Assembly: GCF_009914755.1 (NCBI RefSeq)
Contig: NC_060935.1
Origin: the human T2T-CHM13v2.0 reference genome, Homo sapiens
Direction: 5' to 3' (one strand)
DNA length: 64,000 nt
Shown here: piece after piece, positions 31,521 through 44,887 of the stretch
Position numbering within the stretch: position 1 is the stretch's first letter
Layout of the letters: the number at the start of each line of letters is the position of its first letter
Program-made: the position numbers and the translations under genes
Notes under the pieces: generated by a model
What the model saw: the letters and a program-made list of their open reading frames with translations, nothing else
Databases searched by the model: none
Told to the model about the DNA's origin: nothing

Positions 31521-32119
31521 CACCTCCTTGGCCAGACTCAAGGCGGTGGCTGTCCCCGAACAACACACCTGGAAGCCATTGAGAGCAGCTGGAGATGGAG
31601 TGGCAGCTGGAGTTACAGGGTGGGGGTGGGGAGGGAGGGCTCCTGCGCCTCTGACTGTCATCTGGCACTTCTGCCCCCAGGGCCTGCTTCAGCTCTGAGA
31701 GGTTCCTGGCTGGTCTGAGGGGTGAGGAACCAGAAGGCAGAAGGCGAGTGCCCTCGCATGGCAGGAGAATGACCCTGAGGCAGGGGCAGCCACTCCCCAC
31801 ATGGCCTATGTTGAGGGTGCGGCACTGTCCACACCGTGGTGAGGGACAGAGGCACGAGGCTGGGGAAAGGGGAGAAGTCGGCGGGGGTGGGAGAGGGGGT
31901 TACCTGGGTCCCACCACCAGTCTGGAATTAAACAGCAGAAGAGAAGGGCTGCCCTTGGGAACATGGACTCGTCCCCAGTGACAGTTCCTGGTGATGGGTT
32001 GACCTTGGCAACAGACCCTAGCAGCAGGCAGTTGTCCTGACAAGAGGGCGGTCCCTGTCGACTGTCCCTGGCAGTTTCCTGAACGGAGGGAGGGAGTTGG
32101 CCTGGGACCTTGCCCCCAA

Positions 32120-32353
32120 CTACTTGTTCTTCTTAAAGAAGCTGAAGCGTTTTTCTCGCTCTCGTTCTCTGCCGTCTTTGCTGCGGAGCACAACAGGCCC
32201 CTCAGCCCCGACGGGTGACACTGGGGGCATGGTCATGGCCCGGGTCATGCCCCGGGTGGTGCTGGGCACCACCGGCTCTTCAGGCTCTCCAGAGGCAGAA
32301 GACGCTGTGGCAATGGCTGCATTCACCACCCGTAGCCACGAGCTCATCTCTGC
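32120..32353 (-). CDS. SPTBN2: SPTBN2 last coding exon c.6940-7173 (AEMSSWLRVV...KRFSFFKKNK*)
   Basis: acag|GCAGAG; TAG at 32120-32122. Confidence 0.96.
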   Translation of the reverse strand, partial: AEMSSWLRVVNAAIATASSASGEPEEPVVPSTTRGMTRAMTMPPVSPVGAEGPVVLRSKDGREREREKRFSFFKKNK

Positions 32354-32646
32354 CTGTGGATGGAAAGACCCTCAATCAGCTTCAAGGACACTGTGCTGAG
32401 TTGGCCGCAGTGGACAGCAGGGAAGTGTAAGAGGAGGAGGCAGAAAGTGAGCTGACTGTTTCATGCTATTAGGAGAATGTGGCCGGCTTAGACAGGGAGT
32501 GCGGCCTGGTGCGGCCGTCGCACACATCCAGTCTTACCACAAAGGACAAGACCAGGAAAAAGAGGGAGGACAGGGAAAGAAGGGGAGTCTGCAGCTGGAA
32601 GCTTCTGGAATGGCACGGACAGAGAGGAACACGAAGGACAGCTCAC

Positions 32647-32689
32647 CTCATCCTTGGCCTGGAATAAATATTCTTTTCCATCCTGTAAG
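32647..32689 (-). CDS. SPTBN2: SPTBN2 exon c.6897-6939, PH domain (LQDGKEYLFQAKDE)
   Basis: aacag|CTTACA ... GATGAG|GTGAGC; 43 nt. Confidence 0.95.
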
Positions 32690-33242
32690 CTGTTGGGAGA
32701 GAGAGGCCACAGGGCAGAGCTGAGAATCCGGATCTGCCAGGTAGCTGCTGGTGAGAGCGTAATCATGACCCAACACCAGGCTGGGACATCTGGCTGCAGC
32801 CCTCAGAGCCGGACCAGACACGCTCTGCACATTCTTCAGCTTCCCCAGACTGTGCAGAAGCACATCCTTTCTGACTGGCCCCAGAGGCAGGGGGAGCTCA
32901 CTTCCACCCCAGCCCGGGCCTCCTGCTCCGGCTGCTTGCTGGCAGGCAGGGACAGGCCCCTGGAGGTCTTCCCAGATCCCTACCTTTGGATTTCCCACCC
33001 TGGGTAATTTTTCACCTTGACATTGGCAGCCGTCAGGCCTGGGTCTTGGTTCTCCTGCTCCCCTTGGTGTGGAGACAACCAGAATCTCCGCCTCCCTCAT
33101 CTACACTATCCCCAAGTGGCTGGCCTGGTTACTCCACTCAGGCTCCTTACAGGAACTCCCCTCCCTCTGGACCTGACTCATGGCTCACCTGTGTCACTCC
33201 CAACTCTCCTCCCATCCCGAGAGCACTGTTCCCTGTTCCTAC

Positions 33243-33416
33243 CCCAGCTTGAAGACATGTTTGCGCTTTCGGTAATCAAAGGCGACGCTGCCCTGGGCCC
33301 TGGCCAGGCTGACAGGCACTTCTCCGTGGTATGGCACTCCCGCGCTGGCTGCCTTGGCATCCTTGTAAAAGCCGAGGCTCCCACGCCGCAGGACACAGTA
33401 CACGTTCTGCCAGGAC
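33243..33416 (-). CDS. SPTBN2: SPTBN2 exon c.6723-6896, PH domain (SWQNVYCVL...KHVFKLG)
   Basis: gcag|GTCCTG ... CTGGG|GTAGG; 174 nt. Confidence 0.95.
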
Positions 33417-33675
33417 CTGCGAGGGACGCGGTGCTGACTGGCCGGCCTCAGTGGCGCCCGCAACCTGGAGCCCTCTTGGGTGTCCTAGGACTTCCAGTTC
33501 TGCTCCCATCTTTAGGCCACGGTCTTCACACCCTCTGGTCCTCCCCTGAGGCCCCGCTCTGGTCCCAAGTCCTACCCTTTGCCCAGAAGATGTACTCTAA
33601 AGGGCATCCCTCCCTCTATCTGGGCAGAGGCTCTGGGGAAGTGCCCTCTGAGAGCAGGCTCCAGAGAGGCTGTAC

Positions 33676-33896
33676 CTGTTGGCAGCCTTCTTCCCGAAGG
33701 CCTCCATCTCCTGCTTGCGGCACAGCATCCCCTCCATCTGCTCCTGGGCAGATGGCTCTGGGCCTCGAGGCGGCAGGGTGGCAGCATGGGCTGACTCGGT
33801 AGACCTGCTCTGGGGCATTGCAGATGGGGCCGGGCCCCGAGTCCGGGTCTGCCTCTCTCCCCGGGGCCCATTGGCTTCGTCCCCTGAGCCAGGTCC
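33676..33896 (-). CDS. SPTBN2: SPTBN2 exon c.6502-6722, start of PH domain
   Basis: ccag|GGACCT ... AACAG|GTACA; 221 nt. Confidence 0.95.
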
Positions 33897-34116
33897 CTGG
33901 GGGGGAATCAGTGTCAGTGTCAAAGGTTGAGACGGGAGATCCCTAACCTGGGTGCCAGGAAGCTCCGTGTCCAGGAGTTGGTCTTCCTGCCCCCAAGCTG
34001 CCTGTGAGCCTCTGCCCTCTCCCATCCCATCCCCAGTACTCCCCCACCCGCACTCACCACCCCCTCTGGACCCTTCGCCTCACAGTTATCAACACCACAC
34101 TTGCAGGGGAACTCAC

Positions 34117-34167
34117 CGGCCCTTCGGGGAAGCTGCTGTGCTCAAGTCTCTGTTGTCCCAGCAGGGG
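34117..34167 (-). CDS. SPTBN2: SPTBN2 exon c.6451-6501 (PLLGQQRLEHSSFPEGP)
   Basis: gcag|CCCCTG ... GGGCCG|GTGAGT; 51 nt. Confidence 0.9.
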
Positions 34168-34252
34168 CTGCAAGGACAAGAATCTGTAAAAGGATGTGCG
34201 GGGGTGGAGGGGCTACGACTCCGATGGGGGCACAGAGGGACAGTGGGGTCAC

Positions 34253-34328
34253 CTGTGAGGGCTCTCCATCTGTGCAGACTCCATTAACACTGGGTGCTTG
34301 TGTGGATGGTGGTGGCCGTGGCTGGGTT
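34253..34328 (-). CDS. SPTBN2: SPTBN2 exon c.6375-6450 (TQPRPPPSTQAPSVNGVCTDGEPSQ)
   Basis: cccag|AACCCA ... TCACAG|GTGAC; 76 nt. Confidence 0.9.
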
Positions 34329-34417
34329 CTGGGATGACCAAAGGCAACACAGAATCATTAGTCCCTGGGTGGCCTGGGCTCAGCCGCCTCCTCCTACCCA
34401 GGCATCCTGGCTCTCAC

Positions 34418-34560
34418 CCGTCCCAGGTGGTGTCAGAAGCTGTCTGGCCGCCCACCAGGTCCCCTGGAGGCACACTGGCTGTGGGTTCGGGAGCAGGCGG
34501 CTGTTTCCGCCGCTCCTCCTCCTCCCTCTTTCTCTTTCGCTCCTTCTCCCGCTCCTCTAG
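34418..34560 (-). CDS. SPTBN2: SPTBN2 exon c.6232-6374 (LEEREKERKRKREEEERRKQPP...)
   Basis: gacag|CTAGAG ... GGACGG|GTGAG; 143 nt. Confidence 0.93.
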
Positions 34561-34901
34561 CTGTCAAAAAATGCTGCATTCAGCGTGTAGAAGGTTGCGT
34601 GTAAGAGGGCCAGGGAAACAGGGAGAGCTGAAATGTCTCAACTCTAATTTGATGAAATATGATAAGAGGAGAACAGAATTTGAGAAGATGGTGGGGACAA
34701 GAAACAAAGCGGGAGAAGGTGTCTCGGCATCACCCAGGGGAACTGACACCTCCTAAAGGTGTGGTGACAATGGCACTCTCAGCTCACATCTGGGGGCCAC
34801 TGGTGCAGTGGGAAGAGAGAAGACATGTCTTCTCCAAGCAGAAGCCAGCACAGGTCAGGGGAGCAGGTTGGAGTGGGCATCCGGGGTCCTGTGTCCCTCA
34901 C

Positions 34902-35098
34902 CGCAGTAAGCTTCTCCAGCGCACAGAATCGCTCCTCCCAGGCCACTGCTGACTTCTGGAAGGCCTCGTGCCGCTTGATGAGGCTCTCAACTTCGTCGAC
35001 CGTGCAACCCAGCTCAGCGCTGCGCACCAGTGGCTCCTGGCTGCAGAGCCAGGCCTCTGCCATCCCTGCATCTCTTCCAAACACAAGCACCTCCAAAA
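34902..35098 (-). CDS. SPTBN2: SPTBN2 exon c.6035-6231 (partial last repeat, tetramerisation region)
   Basis: ccag|TTTTGG ... ACTGCG|GTGAG; 197 nt. Confidence 0.95.
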
Positions 35099-35344
35099 CT
35101 GGCAGGATCGGGGGTTGCAGGAAGATGGTGGGTCAGAGTGGCCACTGGCAGGGCACAGTGGCCATGGCAACCTCAAGAACAGGGACACAGAGAAAGCCAC
35201 TGCCCCAGAGCTGTGCCAGGCAGCACGAAGATTGGGCATCGTGAGTTTCACACCCAGGGTTCCTAGTCTCACCTACTCTGGAACCCACAGGGTGCAGGAT
35301 GCCCCCCACTCCCCACAGGGCCTGGGGCCCCCTTGGCAGCTCAC

Positions 35345-35429
35345 CCAGCTGAAGCCAGTCCATCTTCTCCTGCCACTTCTCAGCTGTCTCCTGGCGCCGT
35401 GCCTGCAGCTGAGACAGCTTCTCTGAGAT
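35345..35429 (-). CDS. SPTBN2: SPTBN2 exon c.5950-6034
   Basis: ccag|ATCTCA ... GCTGG|GTGAG; 85 nt. Confidence 0.95.
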
Positions 35430-35519
35430 CTGGGGGCGGGGGGCAGAGATATGAGTTAGCACCAGGATGTGAGATCTTTCCACGGCCCCTGGGGAGTCAT
35501 CCAGGGGGACAGGTGATTT

Positions 35520-35853
<334 letters not shown>

Positions 35854-36053
35854 AGGACCAGTGATTTCTGATGTCAAGAGGCAGACGGTTCTGGGGAGAG
35901 ATTTCCAGAATGCGAGAAACCCGTGAATGGCACTGAGGGGAGAGAATGAAAGGTTTCTTGCAAAGAGAGAATGAGAGGAAGCAGAAAGCCACCAAGAAGT
36001 CAGCGTTCAGCACTGCACAGTGAGAATGGCCCGGCCACCCAGGCCTCACCCAC

Positions 36054-36192
36054 CTCCTCGGCCGCATAGTGGCTCCTGGCCAGCAGCTCCTTCCCCATGT
36101 CGATGCAGGAGGAGAAGCGGTCTGCCCGGGCCTCTATCTCTGCCTTGATGCCTTGCTGGTTCTTGATGACTAGATCCGCGGAGGACACATCC
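36054..36192 (-). CDS. SPTBN2: SPTBN2 exon c.5811-5949
   Basis: ccag|GGATGT ... GAGGAG|GTGGG; 139 nt. Confidence 0.95.
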
Positions 36193-36287
36193 CTGGGGGG
36201 AGGCAGAAACAGCATCACCTGCTGCCCACAGCCCCATCACAGCCCAGCCACACAACCCGTGGAGGCCCTGAGCCCTGGGATTCTCAC

Positions 36288-36532
36288 CGGGGACGCTCCT
36301 GGGCATCCATCTGCAGGTTGACCTCATCCATCCAGAGCATCAGTTCCCGGACAGCCTTGAAGAAGCGGAACTTGTCTGTGGTGTCCAGCAGCAGCTGCCG
36401 GCGGGCGGCAGAGCTTCCCTGAAGCTGGGCCCAGGCCTCGGCCACGGCCTGCATGTGGCGGCCGATCTCCTCAGCCTTGTCTCCAGCGTAGGCCTTCTGG
36501 AGCCGGTGGCCGTCGTCCTGCACCTGCTGGAC
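36288..36532 (-). CDS. SPTBN2: SPTBN2 exon c.5566-5810
   Basis: gcag|GTCCAG ... CCCCG|GTGAG; 245 nt. Confidence 0.95.
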
Positions 36533-37085
36533 CTGCGGAGCCCCGGGTCAGAGTCAGGCAGAGCGGGGGACTCCAAGGAGCCGCAGCCTGCCTCAGTCCT
36601 GGCTGCCACTCTCACCTCCTGCCTGTCTCACAGCCAAAGAAGCAGGGGGAGGAGCCAGGGAGTGGGGGTGCTGGGAAAGATGAAGGCAGGGGCTGGCCAC
36701 ACTCTGCCCTGTTGGGTCTCATCTAGACACCTGGGCTTAACTGGGGGAGGATCTGGAAAAGAGCCATTGGCCAGTTGAACTTTCAGAGGCCTGTCTAGGA
36801 TGTGATAGACCTTGGAGATTGCTAGAACGTGCTACTTAGCCTGAAAAGGGGATTCAGGCAGGGGCTGATGGGTTCTAGTGGTTGAAGGAAGGATCCATGC
36901 TTACTGAGTGTGAGCCTAGAGCTCAAGCCTGGGAAGCACTAACAGGCTGATTTAGCGCAGCATGAAGAGTCTCCTGGCCACTGGGAACCCCTGAAGACAT
37001 CATGGGCTCTCAAGGGGGCTTGTCATCAAAAGTGTGAATGCAGTGGCTAGATGTCCCCTGCCAGAGATGTTTTCTTTCTTTTTGA

Positions 37086-37190
<105 letters not shown>

Positions 37191-37300
37191 TGAGTAGCTA
37201 GGATTACAGGCATGCGCCACCATGCCTGGCTAATTTTGTATTTTTAGTAGAGAAGGGGTTTCTCCATGTTGGTCAGGCTGGTCTCGAACTCCCAATCTCA

Positions 37301-37447
<147 letters not shown>

Positions 37448-37532
37448 CTACCCTAGCTCCTGGGAACTCTCCCCGGCATTTCCCCCATGGCCTCCTCTAA
37501 GCCTCCCCCACCTCCTCATGCTTGGGTCAGAC

Positions 37533-37907
37533 CTGGGGGCTGAGGGCCTGAATGTCATGCTCGTAGGCACAGTGTCGGCGCTGCAGGGCCTCGGCAGCGT
37601 TGAGGTCGCGGCCAGTCCCGTCCGGAAGCTGCTGCTGCTTGTGCTGCACCCGCGCCAGGGCTTGGCGTGCCCCGTGCAGGAAGCGCTGCAGCTCGTACGC
37701 CGCGGCCAGCACCTGACCCCGTGTGTCCAGCAGCTCAAGCAGGTCAGCCCAGGCCTCGTTGAGACTGTCCTTCCACTCGGCCACGGTGGCCCGTGCAGCA
37801 TGGCCCCCAGCAATGAGCCCATTGGCCAGCGCATTGGCGCTATCTACGCGCTCCTGACCGATGGTGCTTGTGTCCCGGGAGAACTCTCGGAATTTGTCTC
37901 GGAGCAT
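37533..37907 (-). CDS. SPTBN2: SPTBN2 exon c.5191-5565
   Basis: ccag|ATGCTC ... CCCCAG|GTCTG; 375 nt. Confidence 0.95.
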
Positions 37908-38784
37908 CTGGTAGAGGAAGCAGATGGACAGACCATGCCGTGATGTTAGGGGATGTGGTCCCTGCCTGATGGAGCGAGTCCTCCACTCCAAACTCAGAAC
38001 CCACCTCTCCCCGCTGCATGGGGGCCGGGACAGGTTTCTTCCCTGTGGTTAAGGAGTAGGTGCAGCTGCTTCCCACTGACCCTGTATTTGACAGACTCCC
38101 TCCACCCCCAGCAAAGGCGTTTCAAGGTGCTTGGGACCCTTAGGCTTCAGACAAGGATACCCTAACTATGGTCCATATTTCTGTACGACTGAGGGTCCAA
38201 GCCCCCAAACTGTCGGGGGGGTGGATCATACTCCGTTTTGTTGAATTCTGTTGAAAAGTGTGAGTGATAATTTCCTGTTTGCCCTTGTCTCAGCTCAGCT
38301 TCATGTCCCCTTTCTGTACAATTCTTCAAATTGTGTGTGTGTGTATGTATTTAGAGATGATAGGGTCTTGCTCTGGAGTGCACTAGCGCAATCACTGCAG
38401 TGTCGACCTCCCAGGCTCAAGAGATCCTCCCACCTCAGCCTCCTAAGTAGTTGGGCCTACAGGCATGCACGGCTGTGCCTGGCTAATAAAAAAAAATTTT
38501 TTTTGTAGAGATGGGGGGTCTCACTATGTTGCCCAGGCTGGTCTTGAACTCCTGGACTCAAGCAATCCTCCCATCTCAGCCTCCCAAGGTGCTAGGATTA
38601 CAGGTGTGAGCCTATGCCCGGCCTCTTCAAATCATATACCTCAAAACCAGGAGGACAGTGCCTGCTCAGCCTGGTCTTGCCCCTTAGCCCCTCAGTGCTC
38701 TGCCTGGGACTAGGTCCTAGTCTCCCTGTGGGTCCTCCACTCTTCCCACGGTTGATCTGAGCTGGGTGCCCTCCCTACACTCAC

Positions 38785-38989
38785 AGTCACATGCTCGTAG
38801 TCCTGGCCCAGCTCGTGGGAGGCCGCCACCACCTCGCGCTCCTGGATCCACTGTTCCAGGTCATCCAGCTCGCGGCGGAGCTGGCACAGCCGGAGGTGCT
38901 CCTGCAGGCGCTCCCGCCGCTCTCCAGCCAGCTCCTTCAGGCCGGCATACAGCTTGTCCACCTGGGCTTGGCGGATGGATATCCGAGTG
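38785..38989 (-). CDS. SPTBN2: SPTBN2 exon c.4986-5190
   Basis: gcag|CACTCG ... GTGACT|GTGAGT; 205 nt. Confidence 0.95.
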
Positions 38990-39218
38990 CTGCAAGAAGA
39001 GTGAGGGAGGCACTGTGGGACTTAGGGGTGTAGCTCTGACCTCCGGTCTGTTCTGTGGAGCCCTGTCCCTCTGAGTCTCCCAACAGCTCGCCCACCCTGT
39101 GTTCCAGCTTTCTAGAAGGCTCCGTGCACACAGCACTGAAGGCTCCACATTCCCTGCACCTTCCTGTTCCTGCAGCCGGCTCCACCCCCAGGCTGGGCCG
39201 GGCTGCCGCTGCACCCAC

Positions 39219-39349
39219 CTCTCTGGGTGCTCGTGGTCAATCATGTCCTGGCTGCTGGCCGCCAGCTGGTGGATGGTCTGCGCGTAGTCGGCCAGGGCTT
39301 GCTCCAGCACCTGGTGCTTCTTCACCTCTGCCTGGGCACTCAGCTCATC
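39219..39349 (-). CDS. SPTBN2: SPTBN2 exon c.4855-4985
   Basis: ccag|GATGAG ... GAGAG|GTGGG; 131 nt. Confidence 0.95.
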
Positions 39350-39434
39350 CTGGGGGAAGGGACAGTGGCATCCAGCATCAGGTCAGGGGAGGGCAGAACT
39401 GGTCACATACACTGGGCTCTGTCCTGGCCCTCAC

Positions 39435-39695
39435 CTTGGCCTTCTCCTGGCCCATCATGTGTAATTCCTGCTCGCCCATCCAGGCCTCCGCCTCGGCGGC
39501 ATCGCGGTAGAACTGCTGGGCTCGCAGGGCATCCTCCAGTCGCTTCCCTCGAAGTTCCAGCTCGTGGCCCAGGCGTTTCCACATTTCCTGCAGCTCAGCC
39601 AGCTCTGGACCTGCTGCTGCTGCACCTAGAGCACGCTGCCGCTCCCTCAGGTCCGCGATCCGGGGCTCATGGCCCTGAATCTCTTTCTGCAGGGT
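39435..39695 (-). CDS. SPTBN2: SPTBN2 exon c.4594-4854
   Basis: gcag|ACCCTG ... GCCAAG|GTGAG; 261 nt. Confidence 0.95.
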
Positions 39696-40020
39696 CTGCC
39701 CATGGCCACAGAAGAGAAAATGCTGAAAGTCCTGCCCCAGCCCCACGTGCTCCCGGAGACCACCCTTCACCCCTGTGCCTCTCTCCTTCCTGGGTCCTCT
39801 GCTCCCTCTCCTAGCCTGGGGGTGCGATGGTAACACCCGTCAGCCGCCCAGCCCCCACTATCTCCTACTGAGAGGACCCACCCTCCCAAGGTGAGGAAAG
39901 ACAGCCACTGAAGTCCAGGGTTACACTCAGCATCGAGGGGGGCCTGGTCTTAAGAAAAAACACGTCCAAGTCTGGGCAGGCTCCTGGGAACTTCTCTTTT
40001 GCCTTCAGCCTCTGCCTCAC

Positions 40021-40110
40021 CTGGTTTTTCTTCATGAGAAGCTGGACGCTGGGCAGGTCCTTGCCATGCTCCATGGAGCTGGCCATGGGCAGCCGCTCTG
40101 TCACCCACAA
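40021..40110 (-). CDS. SPTBN2: SPTBN2 exon c.4504-4593
   Basis: ccag|TTGTGG ... AACCAG|GTGAG; 90 nt. Confidence 0.95.
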
Positions 40111-40387
40111 CTGGAAGAGGAAGAGGGGGTCAGTGGAGGCCCAGAGGGCAAGGCAAGCAGCAGGGACTGATTAGTGGGAGTGGGGACACCTGGGGCTACC
40201 GCCCTGTGTGTGGGGAACAGTCATCTCTGGTTCTGGGAGGCATCTCCAAGTCTCCCTATAGGGGAGATGGTCAATGCCAAAGAGAAGAGGGAATAGAGCC
40301 CTGCTGGCATCTCCCTGGCATCCAGGAGGGAGGCTGGAGAACCACATGGCTGGGGGCAGCTTGCCGTCCTTGGCCCCAGTGACTCAC

Positions 40388-40612
40388 AATCTCATCTTCC
40401 ACATCGCGGTGGAACTGGTGCTGCTCGCGAGAAGCCTGCAGGCGCCGGCAGCGTTCCCGCATGGGCTGGCACAAGGCCCTGAACTTCTCCTCCACGGCCC
40501 TCGAGGTTCTCTCCACCTCCCCTGCACCCTGGTCCTCCTGGGCCAGTGCTTTGGCCTGGGCCTGGATTGCCTCCACCTCCTTCTCTCTCACAGCCATCTC
40601 CCATTCCAGCAT
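40388..40612 (-). CDS. SPTBN2: SPTBN2 exon c.4279-4503
   Basis: gcag|ATGCTG ... GAGATT|GTGAGT; 225 nt. Confidence 0.95.
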
Positions 40613-41525
40613 CTGCAAACCGCCAGGAGGAAGGACATGTTAGCTCTGCATTTCCGCCTTCATGCCCAGCAGAGACACCAACCAGTCTCTATCCAGCCCA
40701 CTGTGGCTGCTCATCACTGCAGCTCACCCAGGGAGAGCATCCCCTCATGGGCTGGATCAGTGGATCTCGAACTTTATATGCACAAGAATCCAAGGGCAGG
40801 GGTTGAAAAAATCCCTATTGGGTACTGTGCTCACTACATGGGTGATGGGTTCAATTACACCCCAAACTTCAGCATCACACAATATAACTTATAACAAACC
40901 TGCACCCACACCCGCGAATCTAAAAGATTGAAATTAAAAAATCCAGGGTAGTGTGATAACTGTGCCCATTATCAATTCATTGTCTCTCCATCCCCAATCC
41001 ATCGTGGCCCTGCTTTGAGACACTGGAACTGGCCCCTGGAAACATTCCTCCTTTGCCAGCAGGCACAATCTAGGCCTTGTCAGCAGAGGGCGCTGGAGGG
41101 ACACCACAATGCCTAGCAGATGTGGGGCATTCCACGGTTCCAAGGTGCTTTTCTTCCTCCTACAGCAAAACTGTCCACAGTGCGCAAGAGATCCGGTGGC
41201 TCTTACTCTCTGGCAAGTTTTGCTGCACTCTAGTGGCCACTTCCTGCTGGCCAGCCTTGGCTTGCTGGCTTCAGACATGCTCTGGCCTGTGATACCCCAG
41301 CAAATTTCCAGGCCATTCAGTGGGCCTCCGCCCTCTCCAAGGAGGTCTGAGACTCAGCCATCTTGCTCCTTCCTGGGGGACTCCTCAACCCCAGAGGTGT
41401 CAGCTGCTCCCTACACTTCCCATTCTGCATTCTTCAGAGCAGGGACCAGCAAGTCCAGCCCACTGCCTAGCCTTATAAAGTTTTTATTGGACCACAGCTG
41501 CACCCCTTTTTAAAAAATTTTTTGA

Positions 41526-41720
<195 letters not shown>

Positions 41721-42043
41721 TAGTCTCAAAACTCCTGGACTCAAGTGATCCGGCCACCTCGGCCTCCCAAAGTGTTGGGATTACATGTGTGAGCCACCAC
41801 ACCTGGCCATACCCCTTATTTTACATATAATCCGCAGCTGCTTTTCCTTACAAGGGCAGAGTTGAAGGGCTGTGACATAGACCTTACGACCCATGAAGCC
41901 CCAAAAATTTACTATCTGGTGCTTTACTGAAAAAAGTTTTCTGACCCCTGCTATAGAGTTCTCTTTACCACCTTTTACTAATTTATACTTCTGTTTTTTT
42001 TTTTGAGACAGAGGCTTGCCCAGGCTGGAGTGCGATGGCATGA

Positions 42044-42289
<246 letters not shown>

Positions 42290-42525
42290 TAATATTTCTT
42301 TTTACTGAAGTTCTCATCGTCAAATTATTAGGGGGTCTGTCTCCTAACTCTAACCCTGACTGCGACATATCCCTAGAGATTCTGATACTGGCTGCCCAAA
42401 GAAATGACTCTGGGAAATGCTAGTGAAGGTGTTATCTGCCAGGCCTCAGCTGGCCTCCCAAATCTTGAAAGCTGCAGCCCCTTTCTTCTGCTGTTCACCA
42501 TCCCCATCAAAGGCCCACAGCACAC

Positions 42526-42789
42526 CTGCTGCTTCTTGAGCAGGATGTTGACGCTGGTGAGGTCCTTGCCGTAGTCATCCGAGTGCAGCTGGGCCTGCAG
42601 GCTCTCCAGCCAGCTCTCCAGGGCACAGCAGCTCTGGGCAAACAGCTCAGCTCGGTTGGCATCAAAGAGGCTGCGGGCCTTGGCTTGGGTGGTGGTCTCC
42701 AGCTCGTCCCAGCGCCTGTGCAGGTCTCTCAGCTTCTCCGACACCAGGGCTTTCAGCTCTGGCTTCTCAAGGGTGAGCTCTCGCCCTTC
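42526..42789 (-). CDS. SPTBN2: SPTBN2 exon c.4015-4278
   Basis: ccag|GAAGGG ... CAGCAG|GTGTG; 264 nt. Confidence 0.95.
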
Positions 42790-44887
42790 CTGGAAGGCAG
42801 GACAGAAAATGTCAAAGTGCCCAAATTAGCCTGAACTTTAGAGGCTGAGAGCAGACCAGGGGCCTTACGGGCAGTAGAGACCTGAAGTGTGGGCAATAAT
42901 TCCAAGTCCTTGTGTGTTCTTATCGACACACTCTTCACGGAGGTTTAAAATCCCTTCTAAACTGCTGTTCCCTCACTGCTGATGAACCCCACTCCTCCTT
43001 CAAGACCCAGCTCAAACAGCATTTCAACGAGGAAGCCCTTGCACTCTCTTTAGTTTGGGTTCCTTGGTGCCTGTGGTTTCTGGCACCACACTGCACATTG
43101 ACTTGAGTTATTTGCCATCATTTTGTATTTCTCAACTCATTACTCTTCACTTCAGTGATAGCAAGTTGAGTCCCACCTGGTTTCCCCACTTCCAGCTTTT
43201 CTGCTTGAGGATTTCTGTGTCTGGGGTGGTGAGGGAAGTGTGCTCTCTTGAACTGTGTGGAAGGCAAATTGGAAGAGCCACAGAGTTAACAAGCCCAGAA
43301 GCAGCCCTCAACCAGTGACAGACAGGGAGCTGATGGATAAACACACAGCATCCTTGTGCCGTGGCTGTGAGAGTGCTGTGTTCTGTGTTCCATCTACACC
43401 CCCGCAGAATGCCCCATGAGGGTTGGGCTCCTGATGCCCATGGGGGTAACTGGCATGACTTCTGTCCCTTCTCATGGCTCCACCCCCCTACTGATCATTC
43501 CCGGGGACACCTCCCTAGAATCACTGTTTCAGGGTCTGCTTCTAGGGGAACACAAACCCAGACACTGCCTTCAGGCCATTTTGCAGGTGGCTGTGGCTGT
43601 CAGGATGGAGAGCATCAAAGGCTAGCACTGCCTGGGTAGCTTCACAACCCTGAGCACAATCAACACTTGGAAGCACACGCATGTGGTGGTCAGGACTTCC
43701 CGGGGCTTCTCTCCCACCTCTTCTTCCATGGGGCCCTGCACACATTCTGTGCTGCTGCTGGACTCACTCACCCCCTTGCTCCCAAACAGGCACTGCCTAC
43801 CACTGGTTTTCTGTTTGGTTTTCTCTACCTGGAAACATCTTTTCCTCCATATCTCCACTTGTCCAAATTCTACTCATCCTCCATGGACTGCCCTGGATGT
43901 TGCTGCTTCTAGAATTTCCATATCTCCTCTCTCCTTATTCCCCAGGCTTCAACGGGGCCACTCTCACAGCACTCATCAGATTCTGCTCTGGATTCGATTT
44001 AGCTACCTGCATATATGCCTCATATCCTGGCTACAGTGTTGTTCCTTCAGGGTGGAGCCTACCATGGGATCCCTTTCGGACCCCACGCAGGGCCTAATAC
44101 AATGCTTTGGATATAGTAGCACCAAGTAAATATTTGCTGAACGAATGGAAACACTTGAAAGCACACTGGTCTCCTTTTGTCCCAACCATCATGCCCTTGA
44201 GAAAAGGAAAGTGTCTTTTCGTAGACCCTGCAGTGCCTCGCAGACTGTTGAGCACGTACCATGTTCTGTAGGGATACTTGCTGAGCAGATATAAAGCTTT
44301 ATCTGTCCTTGACTCTTGAGGAACAGCTGGGTGGGAGACCAAGAACCAGGGACGGCAAGACTCGAAAATAAGGATTGGCAGACTACATACAGCCCACGGG
44401 GTAATCTGGCCCACTGCCTGTTTTTACAAATAAAGTTTTATTGGGAAACAGCCATGTTCATTCATTCACTTATTCTCTGAGGCTGCTTTTGCACTACAAC
44501 GACAGAGATGAGTAGTTGTAGTAGAAACTGTTTGGACTGCAAAGCCTCAGATATTGACCATCCAGCCCAAGCCCTTTCCAGACAAGGTTTGCAGAGCCTG
44601 CTGAAGAGCACCATCCTGCTTTGAACTCAGGAACAGTTATGGCGTTAAATCCAGGCTGCAGTTTCGCTACCTGCTAATTTGTACTTTATCAAGGTTCTGG
44701 ACTCACTGTCCCACTCTTTGTCTCCAACAAAGACGTTTGTTTCCCAGAGGCCATAACTTTCCACCATGGAGCTGTGGCACCAGAACCCCACAATCTCTAA
44801 CCATGACAAAAACCACGTCCTGGAGCCAGGCCCTCCCCCGTACCATGGGGGACTCTGCCCAGAGGCAGCCCCCACAGCACTGCTCAC

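Noticed and set aside
33017-33802. 261-aa + strand ORF, and similar ones at 37266..37943, 39227..39814, 40274..40894, 53604..54356, 54930..55667
   Set aside because: Antisense shadows of GC-rich SPTBN2 exons, some starting or ending in Alus; no recognisable domains
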